A stretch of 64,000 nt of DNA, taken from assembly GCA_050742455.1 (NCBI GenBank), contig JBOGIG010000111.1, positions 3,537 through 67,536 of the forward strand. Direction: 5' to 3'. The notes under the pieces were generated by a model. It saw nothing but the letters and a program-made list of their open reading frames with translations, was not told the DNA's origin and made no database searches. The position numbers were made by a program, and so were the translations under genes. Each line of letters opens with the position of its first letter. The stretch's first letter is position 1. Origin of the DNA: Acidimicrobiales bacterium. Lineage in GTDB: Bacteria; Actinomycetota; Acidimicrobiia; Acidimicrobiales; JBOGIG01. This document shows positions 36,256 to 45,071 of this stretch, piece after piece.

Positions 36256-36740
36256 CAACTCCCGCGCCGGCCACGGCGCCCCCGACGGCTGCGGCCCGGC
36301 GGCGATCGGTCAGTCTGGCGGTGGCACTGATCGTCATCGGCGTAGATCAGGCGACCAAGACCCTGGCTCTGCACTACCTGAGCGACGGTCCGGTCAGGGT
36401 GATCGGACCATTCAGCCTCGAACTGGTCTACAACTCCGGTGCCGCCTTCTCGCTCGGCGCAGGATATTCCCCGGTGTTGGCTGCCATCGCCGTGATCCTG
36501 ATCATCGTGCTATGGCGGGCGGCCCGGGGCGCTACCTCGGCTTGGACCACTGTGGCCCTCGGCCTGGTGCTGGGAGGAGCGGTGGGCAACCTCATCGATC
36601 GCCTTCTTCGGGGCAATGGGGGGGCGGTCATCGACTTTGTAAACCTCAAGTACTGGCCGACATTCAACGTGGCCGACTCCTCCATCGTGATTGGCGTGGT
36701 GATAATGATTTGGGCCGGCATAAGCCGACAGGCCCGATGA
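36252..36740 (+). CDS. lspA: lipoprotein signal peptidase (signal peptidase II)
   Basis: NSGAAFSLG and IDFVNL..WPTFNVADSSIVIGV motifs are present. There is a 4-nt overlap with the upstream gene. Confidence 0.9.
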   Translation: MTTPAPATAPPTAAARRRSVSLAVALIVIGVDQATKTLALHYLSDGPVRVIGPFSLELVYNSGAAFSLGAGYSPVLAAIAVILIIVLWRAARGATSAWTTVALGLVLGGAVGNLIDRLLRGNGGAVIDFVNLKYWPTFNVADSSIVIGVVIMIWAGISRQAR

Positions 36741-36789
36741 CCCAGCCCATGACGCCCACCCGTCGGGGACGGCGGGGGATTCTTCACCG

Positions 36790-37698
36790 GTGAAGACAAG
36801 GGTCCCGTCGGTGCTCGTCGGCGAAAGGATCGATCGAATCGTGGCCACGCTCACAGACCTGCCCAGATCGGCCGTGGCCGATTTGGTATCCAGTGGATGC
36901 GTCCTGGTGGGAGGCCGCATCGTGGTCCAGCGAAGCGAAAGAGTACACGAAGAGGCATGGCTGGAGGTGAACACCCAAGGGGCGAACCAAAGCCGGAGCC
37001 CAGTGCCGGACGATCGAGTGGAATTCGAAGTGGTCCATGCCGACGAAGATCTGATCATTGTGGACAAACCGGCCGGACTGGTGGTGCATCCCGGGGCGGG
37101 CAATCCGGCGGGAACGCTGGTCAACGGTCTGCTGCGACGATTCCCCGAAATCGCCGCGGTGGGCGATCCGACCCGGCCGGGCATCGTGCACCGCCTGGAC
37201 AAGGGGACGTCCGGTCTCATGGCAGTGGCCCGCAGCACCGCGGCCTTCGGGTCCCTGACCGACCAGGTGTCGTCACATTCGATGACCCGTTCCTATCTGG
37301 CCCTGGTGTGGGGGCACCTCGACGATGACGCCGGCACGATAGACGCTCCTCTGGGACGGTCGTCGCGCCAGCCGACCCGCATGGCCGTCTCGGCTGGCGG
37401 GCGCCCGTCGCGGACCCATTACCGGGTGGTGGACCGCATCGACGACCCGGTCCGGGCCACCATGGTCGAGTGCGCTCTGGAAACGGGTCGAACCCACCAG
37501 ATCCGGGTACACATGTCGGCCATAGGGCATCCGGTGCTCGGCGACGACCGCTACGCCCCCCGGCGCTCGGCGAAGGGCCTGGCTCGGACCTTCCTGCACT
37601 CCTGTCGACTGGGTTTGGCCCACCCGGTGACGGGTGACGGCATCGAATTCAACTCGGAGCTCCCCGACGACCTGGTGGTCTTCCTGGGCCGAGCCTGA
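36790..37698 (+). CDS. rluD: RluA-family 23S rRNA pseudouridine synthase (RluD-like)
   Basis: An S4-like N-terminal domain is followed by the catalytic HRLDKGTSGLM motif and HQIRVH. Confidence 0.9.
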   Translation: MKTRVPSVLVGERIDRIVATLTDLPRSAVADLVSSGCVLVGGRIVVQRSERVHEEAWLEVNTQGANQSRSPVPDDRVEFEVVHADEDLIIVDKPAGLVVHPGAGNPAGTLVNGLLRRFPEIAAVGDPTRPGIVHRLDKGTSGLMAVARSTAAFGSLTDQVSSHSMTRSYLALVWGHLDDDAGTIDAPLGRSSRQPTRMAVSAGGRPSRTHYRVVDRIDDPVRATMVECALETGRTHQIRVHMSAIGHPVLGDDRYAPRRSAKGLARTFLHSCRLGLAHPVTGDGIEFNSELPDDLVVFLGRA

Positions 37699-37716
37699 TC
37701 GGGGCCGCGGTCCCGA
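37699..37716. terminator. possible bidirectional hairpin between convergent rluD and the sigma-factor gene
   Basis: TCGGGGC-CGCG-GTCCCGA forms a 7-bp stem (one G-U) with a tetraloop in a 26-nt convergent gap. There is no U-tract. Confidence 0.25.
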
Positions 37717-37724
37717 GTGACCGA

Positions 37725-38678
37725 TCAGGCGGCAGTGTGCAGGGCTTCGACTTCGGGACAGCCGGCCAGGAATCCGAGCGCCTCGGCCTCCAGGCTGCGA
37801 GCCCGGCGCACACCGATGCCCAATGACCGGGCCGTGGCCTCCAAAGACGCGGGCGGTGAACCGGTGAGCCCGAAACGCAGTTCCACAACCTGGCGCGGTA
37901 GGGGATTGAGCTTGTCCAGGGCCAGGCGCAGAGAACCAATGGCCATCTGATAGGTCAGCTCCTCTTCGAAGCCTTCCTCGCCATTGCTGATCAACTCGCC
38001 GAGGGTGGTGCCCCCATCTGCTCCCACCTGTTGGTCAAGGCTGGCTACAACCCGGGCCGCCTGGCGGGCGGTTTCCATCTGGGCCTCGGTGATTCCCGCC
38101 GCCTCGGCGATCTCGGCATCGGTGGCATCCCGTTCCAAATCGTCGGCCAGCTCCCGGGCGGCGATGTCTATGTGCCGCGAACGTTCGGCCACATCCATGG
38201 GGAGGCGGATCGTCTGGCCATAGTTGTGTATGGCGCGCTGAAGGGCCTGACGCACCCACCAAGTGGCGTAGGTCGAGAAGCGGAACCCACGGCGCCAGTC
38301 GTACTTCTCCACGGCTCTCATCAGGCCGAACGAACCCTCCTGGATCAAGTCGGCTAGATCCACCCCGCGATCTTGATAGCGCTTGGCCCAGTGCACAACC
38401 AGACGCATATTGGCCGTGATCATGGCCTTGCGAGCCTGCTCATCACCTAATTCGACCCGCTTGGCCATCTCAAGCTGTTCGGTCGGCGAGAGTAGGGGAT
38501 AGCTGTCCAGATCGGCCAGAAGTGCCCGGACGCTGTCCGCGCTGTAATTGGCGTCGTTGCCTGTAGCCCGCGTCCGGGCCGGAGCGGGGCGCGCCGCAGC
38601 CGGCCTGGGTCCACGCGGAGCATGAGCAGAGCTAGTGACGATGGCGGCGCTCGTAGCTGACATGGTCTTGACTGGCAT
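37725..38678 (-). CDS. sigma-70 family RNA polymerase sigma factor (group 2/3-like, no region 1.1)
   Basis: Region 2 DLIQEGSFGLMRAVEKYDWRRGFRFSTYATWWVRQAL, region 3, and the region 4.2 HTH (LEATARSLGIGVRRARSLE) are present. Confidence 0.9.
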   Translation of the reverse strand: MPVKTMSATSAAIVTSSAHAPRGPRPAAARPAPARTRATGNDANYSADSVRALLADLDSYPLLSPTEQLEMAKRVELGDEQARKAMITANMRLVVHWAKRYQDRGVDLADLIQEGSFGLMRAVEKYDWRRGFRFSTYATWWVRQALQRAIHNYGQTIRLPMDVAERSRHIDIAARELADDLERDATDAEIAEAAGITEAQMETARQAARVVASLDQQVGADGGTTLGELISNGEEGFEEELTYQMAIGSLRLALDKLNPLPRQVVELRFGLTGSPPASLEATARSLGIGVRRARSLEAEALGFLAGCPEVEALHTAA

Positions 38679-38774
38679 GTTCTCCTGTCGGGTGAGGGCT
38701 CTGACGAAAGGTCTTCTTGACCCTAGATAACGCCGCGGCGGCGTGAACCATTCCTTACCCAGAGGTGGCGCGTG

Positions 38775-40511
38775 TCACACGTGGGTGTCGGGGGGAGCGA
38801 CCCGGGGGAGAAAGAATACCAAGCCGAACGCTACGAGGTATACGGCTATCTCGTAAAAGAGGGTCTCCTGGAACGATTTCGAAAAATTGAGTCCGATGGC
38901 CCTGGTGGCGGCCCCGGAAAATGCTGCCACGACGGGTTTGGGTGGTGAGGCTGGAGCCCCGGCGGCGGACTGGGCTACAGCGGGCGAGGCCCCGGGCGAC
39001 AAGGTGGGACAGCCCTTGGGAACGAACTGAGGATCGCTCGACCTGGACCTTTCCACAAAGCATCGGTCGAACAGGGCCACGGACTGGTCCAGGGCGGAAT
39101 GATTGGCCGCCAGTTGAGGTGATGCTGCGGCCACGGATTGCTCGAGGCGGGGATTCACCTGGCGAGCAGTGTGGGCGGCATTGATCGACAACAGTCCGAA
39201 GAAGACCACCCCGATGATGGCGATCCCGATCGAACCGCCCACCTGTTGGACGGTGGAAATGACCCCGGAGGCCGAGCCGGCCGCTTCGGACCGTATTCCG
39301 GCAAGGATGATGGTGGTTACCGGGGCGATGAACAAGCCGAGGCCCAATCCGGAGACGAAGAGGCTCGGAACCAACTGCCAGGTGGTCACTCCTCGCCCGG
39401 CATAGTGCACTGTGGCCATCAGCCCGATCATCCCGGCCACGATGACGGCACATCCGATGCTCAGCAGCGTATTGCCGAGTTTCTTAGCCAGATGATCCGA
39501 GGCCACCGACGCCAGGCCTGAACCAATGGCAAAGGGCAGCACGGTCAGACCGGTGTGCAACGCGCTGTAGCCCAGCCCGATCTGCACGAAGATGCTGAAC
39601 GTGAAGAAGAAAGGGGCCAAGCCCATGAAGAACACCATGCTGAGCGCCGATCCCGATACGAAGGCCCGATCGGAGAACAGCGACATGTGGATCAGGGGTG
39701 ACCGGTTGGACCGTGATCTCCTTACCTCGTAGACGGCAAAGGCGGCAAGGAGGATCAGGCTGGCTCCCAGCATGGCCCAGATCCAAACCGGCCAGCCTGC
39801 CCCCCGGCCCTCGGTGAGGGGATAGACCAGCAGGCCCAGTCCCAGGGCAACCGCAATGGCGCCCTTCAGGTCCAGTCGCTTGGGATTCGGGGCGGTGGAT
39901 TCGCCCAGGTGCCTCCACGCCGCCAGAAGGGCGGTGACTCCGATGGGCAGGTTCACATAGAAGATGGAACGCCAGCTGAGGTGGAGGGGGTTCCAGCTGA
40001 TCAGGATCCCACCGAGGAGGGGCCCCAGGATGGTTGCCAGTCCCACAGTGGCCCCGTAAATGGCAAACGCTTTGCCTCTTTCTTTGGGCTCGAAGGTGAC
40101 CTGGATGACTGAGAGGACCTGGGGAAACATGATGCCGCTCATGGCCCCCTGAAGGACACGGGCAATGATCAGCACGTTGGCGTTCGGGGCCGAGGCGCAC
40201 AGGGCCGAAGCCACGGTGAAGCCGGCCATCCCGATCATGAACAGCCTTCGCCGTCCGAACAGATCCCCGAGCCGGGCCGCAGTGATCAAGGTGAGGGCAA
40301 AGGCAAGTATGTAGCCGACCAGCACCAGTTGGATGGCGGCGAAACTGGCACGCAGGTTGGACTGGATCGACGGTATGGCGGTGTTGACGATGCTTACGTC
40401 GACCAGTTGCATGAATGCGGCGGCCAACACGATGACCAGCACCACATAGCGGTTGGAGTGGCCCCGGCGATGGGCAGCGATGGGCTCAGCGACAACCTGT
40501 GTCTGACTCAT
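38775..40511 (-). CDS. MFS transporter, DHA2 (EmrB/QacA-like, 14-TMS) family
   Basis: LVDVSIVNTAIPSIQ..., GDLFGRRRLFMIG (motif A) and about 14 hydrophobic segments. ATG at 40511 (MSQTQVV) was chosen; the longest ORF (40790) has a non-protein-like N-terminal extension. Confidence 0.9.
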   Translation of the reverse strand: MSQTQVVAEPIAAHRRGHSNRYVVLVIVLAAAFMQLVDVSIVNTAIPSIQSNLRASFAAIQLVLVGYILAFALTLITAARLGDLFGRRRLFMIGMAGFTVASALCASAPNANVLIIARVLQGAMSGIMFPQVLSVIQVTFEPKERGKAFAIYGATVGLATILGPLLGGILISWNPLHLSWRSIFYVNLPIGVTALLAAWRHLGESTAPNPKRLDLKGAIAVALGLGLLVYPLTEGRGAGWPVWIWAMLGASLILLAAFAVYEVRRSRSNRSPLIHMSLFSDRAFVSGSALSMVFFMGLAPFFFTFSIFVQIGLGYSALHTGLTVLPFAIGSGLASVASDHLAKKLGNTLLSIGCAVIVAGMIGLMATVHYAGRGVTTWQLVPSLFVSGLGLGLFIAPVTTIILAGIRSEAAGSASGVISTVQQVGGSIGIAIIGVVFFGLLSINAAHTARQVNPRLEQSVAAASPQLAANHSALDQSVALFDRCFVERSRSSDPQFVPKGCPTLSPGASPAVAQSAAGAPASPPKPVVAAFSGAATRAIGLNFSKSFQETLFYEIAVYLVAFGLVFFLPRVAPPDTHV

Positions 40512-40620
40512 ACCGGCCGATCTTTTCAGTTGGGAGTGACACCCAAGCAGCCACCGCCGGCTGGTTGTGCCGGCGCAGCTTACTGCACCGTGGTATGAGA
40601 CGAAGGGACCAGTTCTCCCT

Positions 40621-40672
40621 CTCTTGGTCCAGTCCGATCCGGCAATCTCTTGGGCCAGTCCGATCCGGCAAT
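40621..40672. repeat. 26-bp x2 tandem repeat in the Pat-like/MFS intergenic spacer
   Basis: CTCTTGGTCCAGTCCGATCCGGCAAT at 40621-40646 and CTCTTGGGCCAGTCCGATCCGGCAAT at 40647-40672 differ by 1 mismatch. The array abuts the Pat-like stop codon (40672-40674). Confidence 0.9.
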
Positions 40673-43335
40673 CAGGCCAGTCGACGCAGGTCCAACTCCG
40701 GGCGGGGCTGAATAGGGCGGAGCGTGATCCGAGCGGCGATGACGAAGGACCCCTGCGGGGTGGCCCACACCGGGTCCAGGCACAGGTCAAGCAGTTCGGG
40801 AATGTCCTCGACCATCCGGTTGACCCGCAGGAGGAGGTCCTGAAGGGAAGCGACCGACACCGGCGGCGCCCCGGACTTGCCGATGAGCAGTTCCGCTCCT
40901 CGTATCGATTCGATGAGACGTGAGGCGTCGGTGTCGGTCATGGGCAGGACCTGGAAGCGGGGATCGGCCAGTACCTCGTGGGCTGGTCCCCCAAGTCCGA
41001 TGCCGATGACGGGCCCGAAAGAGGGATCGTGGGTCATGGTGACCACCAGCCCTACTCTCCTGGAACGGGGCGAAGACCTCTTATTGGTGCTCTCGACCCC
41101 GATCCCGTAATAGCCGATCAGTTGGGCCGCCGACTCGGAATCCAGGGTAAGTCCCTGTGCCTCGGGTCCCTGTGCTTCGGGCCCCCGTCTCTGGGGTCCC
41201 TGTGCCTCGGGTCCCGTGACGATCGGGCGGTGGGGGGCACCAAGTCGGCCTTCGAGCAGGGCGGTCGACACCAGGAGGCGGGCGGCGGAGGCGTCTATGG
41301 CCGGGGGCTGGACGTCATGGCCTACTGGCTGGTCGAGCCATTCCGCGTATTTTGCCATACGGGCCAGGGCCAGCGCCGCCGCCTCGGGAAAGGCGTAGGA
41401 GGGGACGGGTCGGGCGCCCTGGTTCAAACCGGGAGGGATCCCCCTCAAGGCCAGAAAATTGGCAAGGACGGGCTTGGGGTGGTCTACCCCCTCCTGAGTG
41501 GCCGCCCGTGATATGGCGGCGCCAATGGCGGCCGCTTCGTCGCCAGGGCCCGGGCGACCCGACCTGTCCGAGGTCACCAGAGCGGGGATGAACAGAGCAA
41601 TGACCGCATCCACGCCGGGATCAGCCAGAACACAGCGAAGGGCCACCTCGTAGTCGTCGGCCCCGGCGTTGACTGACAGCTCGACGGGATTGTTGGTCGT
41701 GGCCCGGCCTGCCAGCTGGGCTTCCAGAGTGGAGCGGGTTAGGCCCCCCAGGGTGGGCACGTCCAGTCCGAACCCGAGGCAGGCGTCGATGGCCAACTTG
41801 GTGGGTCCACCGGAATTGCCCAGGACTACTACCCGTCGCCCACCGGGCAGAGGTTGATGGGCCAGGGCCTGAGCCTGGTCGAAGAGTTGCTCGAGCGTAT
41901 CGACGCGCAGGACCCCGGTCTGGCGGAACAGGGCATCGACGGCCATCTCGGAGATGCCTGGTCGGTTCCGGTCCCGACCACTCTTGACCACCACAATGGG
42001 TTTGTGTCGGGAAACCTGGCGGGCTACCCGGGAGAAGGTACGGGGATTGCCGAAGGACTCCAGATACAACAGAATCACGTCGGTATCGGGGTCGTCCTGC
42101 CAGAAGTGCAGCAGATCGTTGCTGGACACGTCGGCCTTGTTACCCGCCGACATGAACGTCGATATGCCCAGGCCCCGGACCCGGGCCTCCTCCAGAATGG
42201 CTATGCCCAAGGCCCCGGACTGGGCGAGGAGACCCACCCGACCGGCCATCGGGGCCCGGGGCGCCAAAGTGGTGTTCATGCTCACGCCTGGATTGGTATT
42301 GGCCACTCCCATGCAATTGGGCCCCACTACCCTCATTCCGTTGCGCCGGGCCAGCAAGACGATGCCGCGCTCGGCAGCGGCCCCCTCGGGCCCGGTCTCG
42401 GAGAAGCCGGCCGACACGATGACCAGGCCCCCGACGTGCTTGGCCGCGCACTGTTCGACCACCTCGGCCACCTGGATCGCCGGGACGGCTATGACGGCCA
42501 TATCGACATCGTCGGGTACATCGATGACGCTGCGGTGGGCTCTCACGCCGGCCACAGAGTACGCCTCGGGGTGAACGGGATACACCGGGCCGGAGAACCC
42601 GCCGGCCAGGATGTTGCGCAAGATGGTATGGCCGAAGGAGCCGTACCGGCGTCCGGCCCCGATGACGGCGATCGAACGGGGGGCCAGCAGGCGCGCCACC
42701 GAGCGAGCAGTGGACTGCCGTTCGCGGTCATGCATGGCGGCCACCGATGCCACTGTGGGCTCGATGTCGAAGCTGACCCGCACGACGCCGTCGGCAAAGG
42801 AGCGCTCGGCTGTGAAGCCGGCATCCCGAAATACCCCCAGCATGCGCCGGTTGTTGGGCAGGGTGTCGGCCACAAATCGCCGGATACCACCGTGTTTGGC
42901 CGCCCCGACCAGGTGCTCGAGCATGATGGTGCCAAGGCCCCGACCCTGGTGGGCATCATCGACCAGGAAGGCCACCTCGGCTTCGTCGCCGCCGGGGACC
43001 CGGTCATAGCGAGCCACGGCGACGATGGACGGTCCCAGGAGGGCGACCAGGGCCATGCGGTCCTTGTAGTCGACCTCGGTGAACCGCCGCAGCAGGGCAG
43101 GCGACAGCCGGGGCAGCGGTGAGAAGAATCGCAGGTAGACGGTTTCGGCCGAGAGGCGCTGGTGCAGGGCGTCGATCAGGGGTGCGTCGTCAGGGGTGAC
43201 CGGCCTGACGTGGACGGTGCCGCCGTCGGTGAGGACGACGTCGGCCTCCCACCGGGCCGGGTAGACATCGGCCGGCTCGGGGTCGGGGGCCATCCCGCCA
43301 CGGGCCCAGGCCATAGAGCCCGGGTCGGGTGGCAT
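40672..43335 (-). CDS. bifunctional GNAT acetyltransferase / NDP-forming acyl-CoA synthetase-like protein (Pat-type protein lysine acetyltransferase architecture)
   Basis: N-terminal GNAT (AFLVDDAHQGRGLGTIMLEHLV), then a CoA-binding domain (PRSIAVIGAGRR...VYPVHP), a succinyl-CoA-synthetase-like flavodoxin domain and a C-terminal ATP-grasp-like region. 887 aa. Confidence 0.85.
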   Translation of the reverse strand: MPPDPGSMAWARGGMAPDPEPADVYPARWEADVVLTDGGTVHVRPVTPDDAPLIDALHQRLSAETVYLRFFSPLPRLSPALLRRFTEVDYKDRMALVALLGPSIVAVARYDRVPGGDEAEVAFLVDDAHQGRGLGTIMLEHLVGAAKHGGIRRFVADTLPNNRRMLGVFRDAGFTAERSFADGVVRVSFDIEPTVASVAAMHDRERQSTARSVARLLAPRSIAVIGAGRRYGSFGHTILRNILAGGFSGPVYPVHPEAYSVAGVRAHRSVIDVPDDVDMAVIAVPAIQVAEVVEQCAAKHVGGLVIVSAGFSETGPEGAAAERGIVLLARRNGMRVVGPNCMGVANTNPGVSMNTTLAPRAPMAGRVGLLAQSGALGIAILEEARVRGLGISTFMSAGNKADVSSNDLLHFWQDDPDTDVILLYLESFGNPRTFSRVARQVSRHKPIVVVKSGRDRNRPGISEMAVDALFRQTGVLRVDTLEQLFDQAQALAHQPLPGGRRVVVLGNSGGPTKLAIDACLGFGLDVPTLGGLTRSTLEAQLAGRATTNNPVELSVNAGADDYEVALRCVLADPGVDAVIALFIPALVTSDRSGRPGPGDEAAAIGAAISRAATQEGVDHPKPVLANFLALRGIPPGLNQGARPVPSYAFPEAAALALARMAKYAEWLDQPVGHDVQPPAIDASAARLLVSTALLEGRLGAPHRPIVTGPEAQGPQRRGPEAQGPEAQGLTLDSESAAQLIGYYGIGVESTNKRSSPRSRRVGLVVTMTHDPSFGPVIGIGLGGPAHEVLADPRFQVLPMTDTDASRLIESIRGAELLIGKSGAPPVSVASLQDLLLRVNRMVEDIPELLDLCLDPVWATPQGSFVIAARITLRPIQPRPELDLRRLA
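41151..41215. repeat. 15-bp x4.3 in-frame tandem repeats inside the Pat-like gene
   Basis: GTCCCTGTGCCTCGG / GTCCCTGTGCTTCGG / GCCCCCGTCTCTGGG / GTCCCTGTGCCTCGG / GTCCC. They encode GPEAQ-type pentapeptides on the minus strand. Confidence 0.85.
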
Positions 43336-43781
43336 CAGGACAGCGGAGCCAGGCGCAGATCGCTTCCCCGGGCGCGACTGGCGATGTCGGCCAGGGTGAA
43401 GGACTCCAGGTGGGACCTCATGTGCTCACCGACTTCGGACCAAACCGTCAACAGGACGCACTGCCCCTCGTGATCGCAAGCCCCGTTCTCGTGCGGCTCC
43501 CCAAAGTCCCCGGCCACGATTGGGCCATCGGCAGCGCTAACAATCTGGCTCAGGGTGATCTGTTCGGGGGGCCGCGCCAGCACATAGCCGCCGCCCACGC
43601 CTCTTTTGGAGCGGACCAGGCCGGCGCCCTTTAGAGCGAGCAGGATCTGTTCAAGGTAGGGCTGGGGCAGTCCGGTGCGCTCGGCGATGTCCCGGACCGA
43701 GGTAGGTCCGGTACCACCCTCGTGCAGAGCGAGGGACAACAGGGCCCGGCTGGCGTAATCGCCCCGGGTGGATACCTTCAC
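43335..43781 (-). CDS. Rrf2 family transcriptional regulator
   Basis: VKVSTRGDYASRALLSLALHE...VRDIAERTGLPQPYLEQILLALKGAGLVRSKRGVGGGYVLA is a winged-helix Rrf2 signature. The start is GTG at 43781. The stop shares 1 nt with the Pat-like ATG (TGATG). Confidence 0.85.
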   Translation of the reverse strand: MKVSTRGDYASRALLSLALHEGGTGPTSVRDIAERTGLPQPYLEQILLALKGAGLVRSKRGVGGGYVLARPPEQITLSQIVSAADGPIVAGDFGEPHENGACDHEGQCVLLTVWSEVGEHMRSHLESFTLADIASRARGSDLRLAPLS

Positions 43782-43787
43782 AGCTAC

Positions 43788-43856
43788 ATGGTAGGCCCGG
43801 CCGAAGGCCGGGCAGCCCAATGTGATGGTAGGCCCAACCGGGCCCGGGCAGCCCAA
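43788..43856. promoter_or_regulatory. direct repeat with embedded 19-bp palindrome in the Rrf2 divergent promoter region (candidate operator)
   Basis: ATGGTAGGCCC...GGGCAGCCCAA occurs twice (43788-43820 and 43825-43856). Copy 1 contains GCCCGGCC-GAA-GGCCGGGC (43795-43813), a perfect 8+8 inverted repeat. Confidence 0.3.
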
Positions 43857-43908
43857 CCCGGCCCGGCGGCAGTGCCCAGAGGTCTCTGCCTGACTAGCTT
43901 GGTTATCC

Positions 43909-45054
43909 GTGCCGCTTCCTCCCACGCCGGTCGGCCCAAACTACGGCGGAGCTTGCCTGTCACAAGTCGTGCCCGGGCTGTTCGACGCCATGGCCAACAG
44001 GGGACCGGAGTGGGTGCCGGCCCCAGTGCACGGAGCTGGGGCAGTGGTCTTGCTGGTCCTTGACGGGCTGGGATGGCTGCAGCTCCAGGACCATGTGGCC
44101 GATCTGCCCCATCTTGCCCACATGGAGGGAGGGCCGATCACCTCTGTGGCCCCGACCACCACGGCCACGGCCCTTACATCATTGGCCACGGCAAGCGTTC
44201 CCGCCCGTCACGGACTGGTCGGATACCGGTTGGCCCTACCAGACAAGACGGTTATGAACACCCTGCGTTGGCAGGAGGGCGACGGGGAAAAGGCCGATTT
44301 GCGCCAACGGGTGCCGCCGTCGCAATTCCAGCAACAGGCACCGTTTCCGGGTGCCAGAGAGGCAGGCGTGCCCGAAGGGGCCGTACCCGTGGTGTCTCGT
44401 CAGGCTTTGGCGGGGACCGGATTCTCCGACGCCCACTTGCGAGGAAGCCGGTTCTGCGGATGGCGGGTGACCTCGTCCCTGGTCGTGGAGGTGGCTCGTC
44501 TGGTCGAGGAGGGTGAGCCGTTCGTCTATGCCTATTACGACGGTATCGACAACGTCGCCCACCAGTGGGGGCTGTCGCGCCACTATGGCGCCGAACTGGC
44601 CGCCGTTGACCGGCTGGTCACCGATGTGCTGGCCGCCGTCCCGGCTGGCACCGTGGTGGTGATTACGTCGGACCACGGCCAGGTCGAGGTGGGACCGAAC
44701 GAGGTCGCTATTCCGGCGTCGGTGATGGAACAGGTGGACTTTCTGTCGGGCGAGTCCCGATTTCGCTGGCTGCACGCCCTCGCTGGGCAAGTTGACGACC
44801 TCAGGGATCGGGCCGAAGCGGAGGTTGGCCACCTGGCCTGGGTCTACACCAAGGCCGAACTTGTCGAGCACGGCCTCCTGGGGGGATCCCTGACCCCCGA
44901 CATAGCGTCCCGTCTCGGTGACGTAGCTCTTCTGGCTCACGCCCCCGTCGGCTTCGCCGATCCCCGTGACGGTGGCGACACCCCACTTATCAGCCGCCAC
45001 GGATCCCTCACCGAGGAGGAGGTTTGGGTCCCCTTGTTGGCTGAGCGAGCCTGA
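43909..45054 (+). CDS. alkaline phosphatase superfamily protein (nucleotide pyrophosphatase/phosphodiesterase-like)
   Basis: VLLVLDGLGW...PTTTATALTSLATA...HG...YYDGIDNVAHQWG...VITSDHGQ are metal-ligand motifs of type I phosphodiesterase/AlkP-core proteins. Confidence 0.8.
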   Translation: MPLPPTPVGPNYGGACLSQVVPGLFDAMANRGPEWVPAPVHGAGAVVLLVLDGLGWLQLQDHVADLPHLAHMEGGPITSVAPTTTATALTSLATASVPARHGLVGYRLALPDKTVMNTLRWQEGDGEKADLRQRVPPSQFQQQAPFPGAREAGVPEGAVPVVSRQALAGTGFSDAHLRGSRFCGWRVTSSLVVEVARLVEEGEPFVYAYYDGIDNVAHQWGLSRHYGAELAAVDRLVTDVLAAVPAGTVVVITSDHGQVEVGPNEVAIPASVMEQVDFLSGESRFRWLHALAGQVDDLRDRAEAEVGHLAWVYTKAELVEHGLLGGSLTPDIASRLGDVALLAHAPVGFADPRDGGDTPLISRHGSLTEEEVWVPLLAERA

Positions 45055-45071
45055 TTGGGCAAATATCAACT

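Noticed and set aside
38729-38745. A hairpin (AACGCCG-CGG-CGGCGTG region) after the MFS stop, considered as an intrinsic terminator before the sigma-factor gene.
   Set aside because: It has only a 6-7 bp stem with a 3-nt loop and no U-tract on the transcribed strand. The evidence is insufficient to call a terminator.
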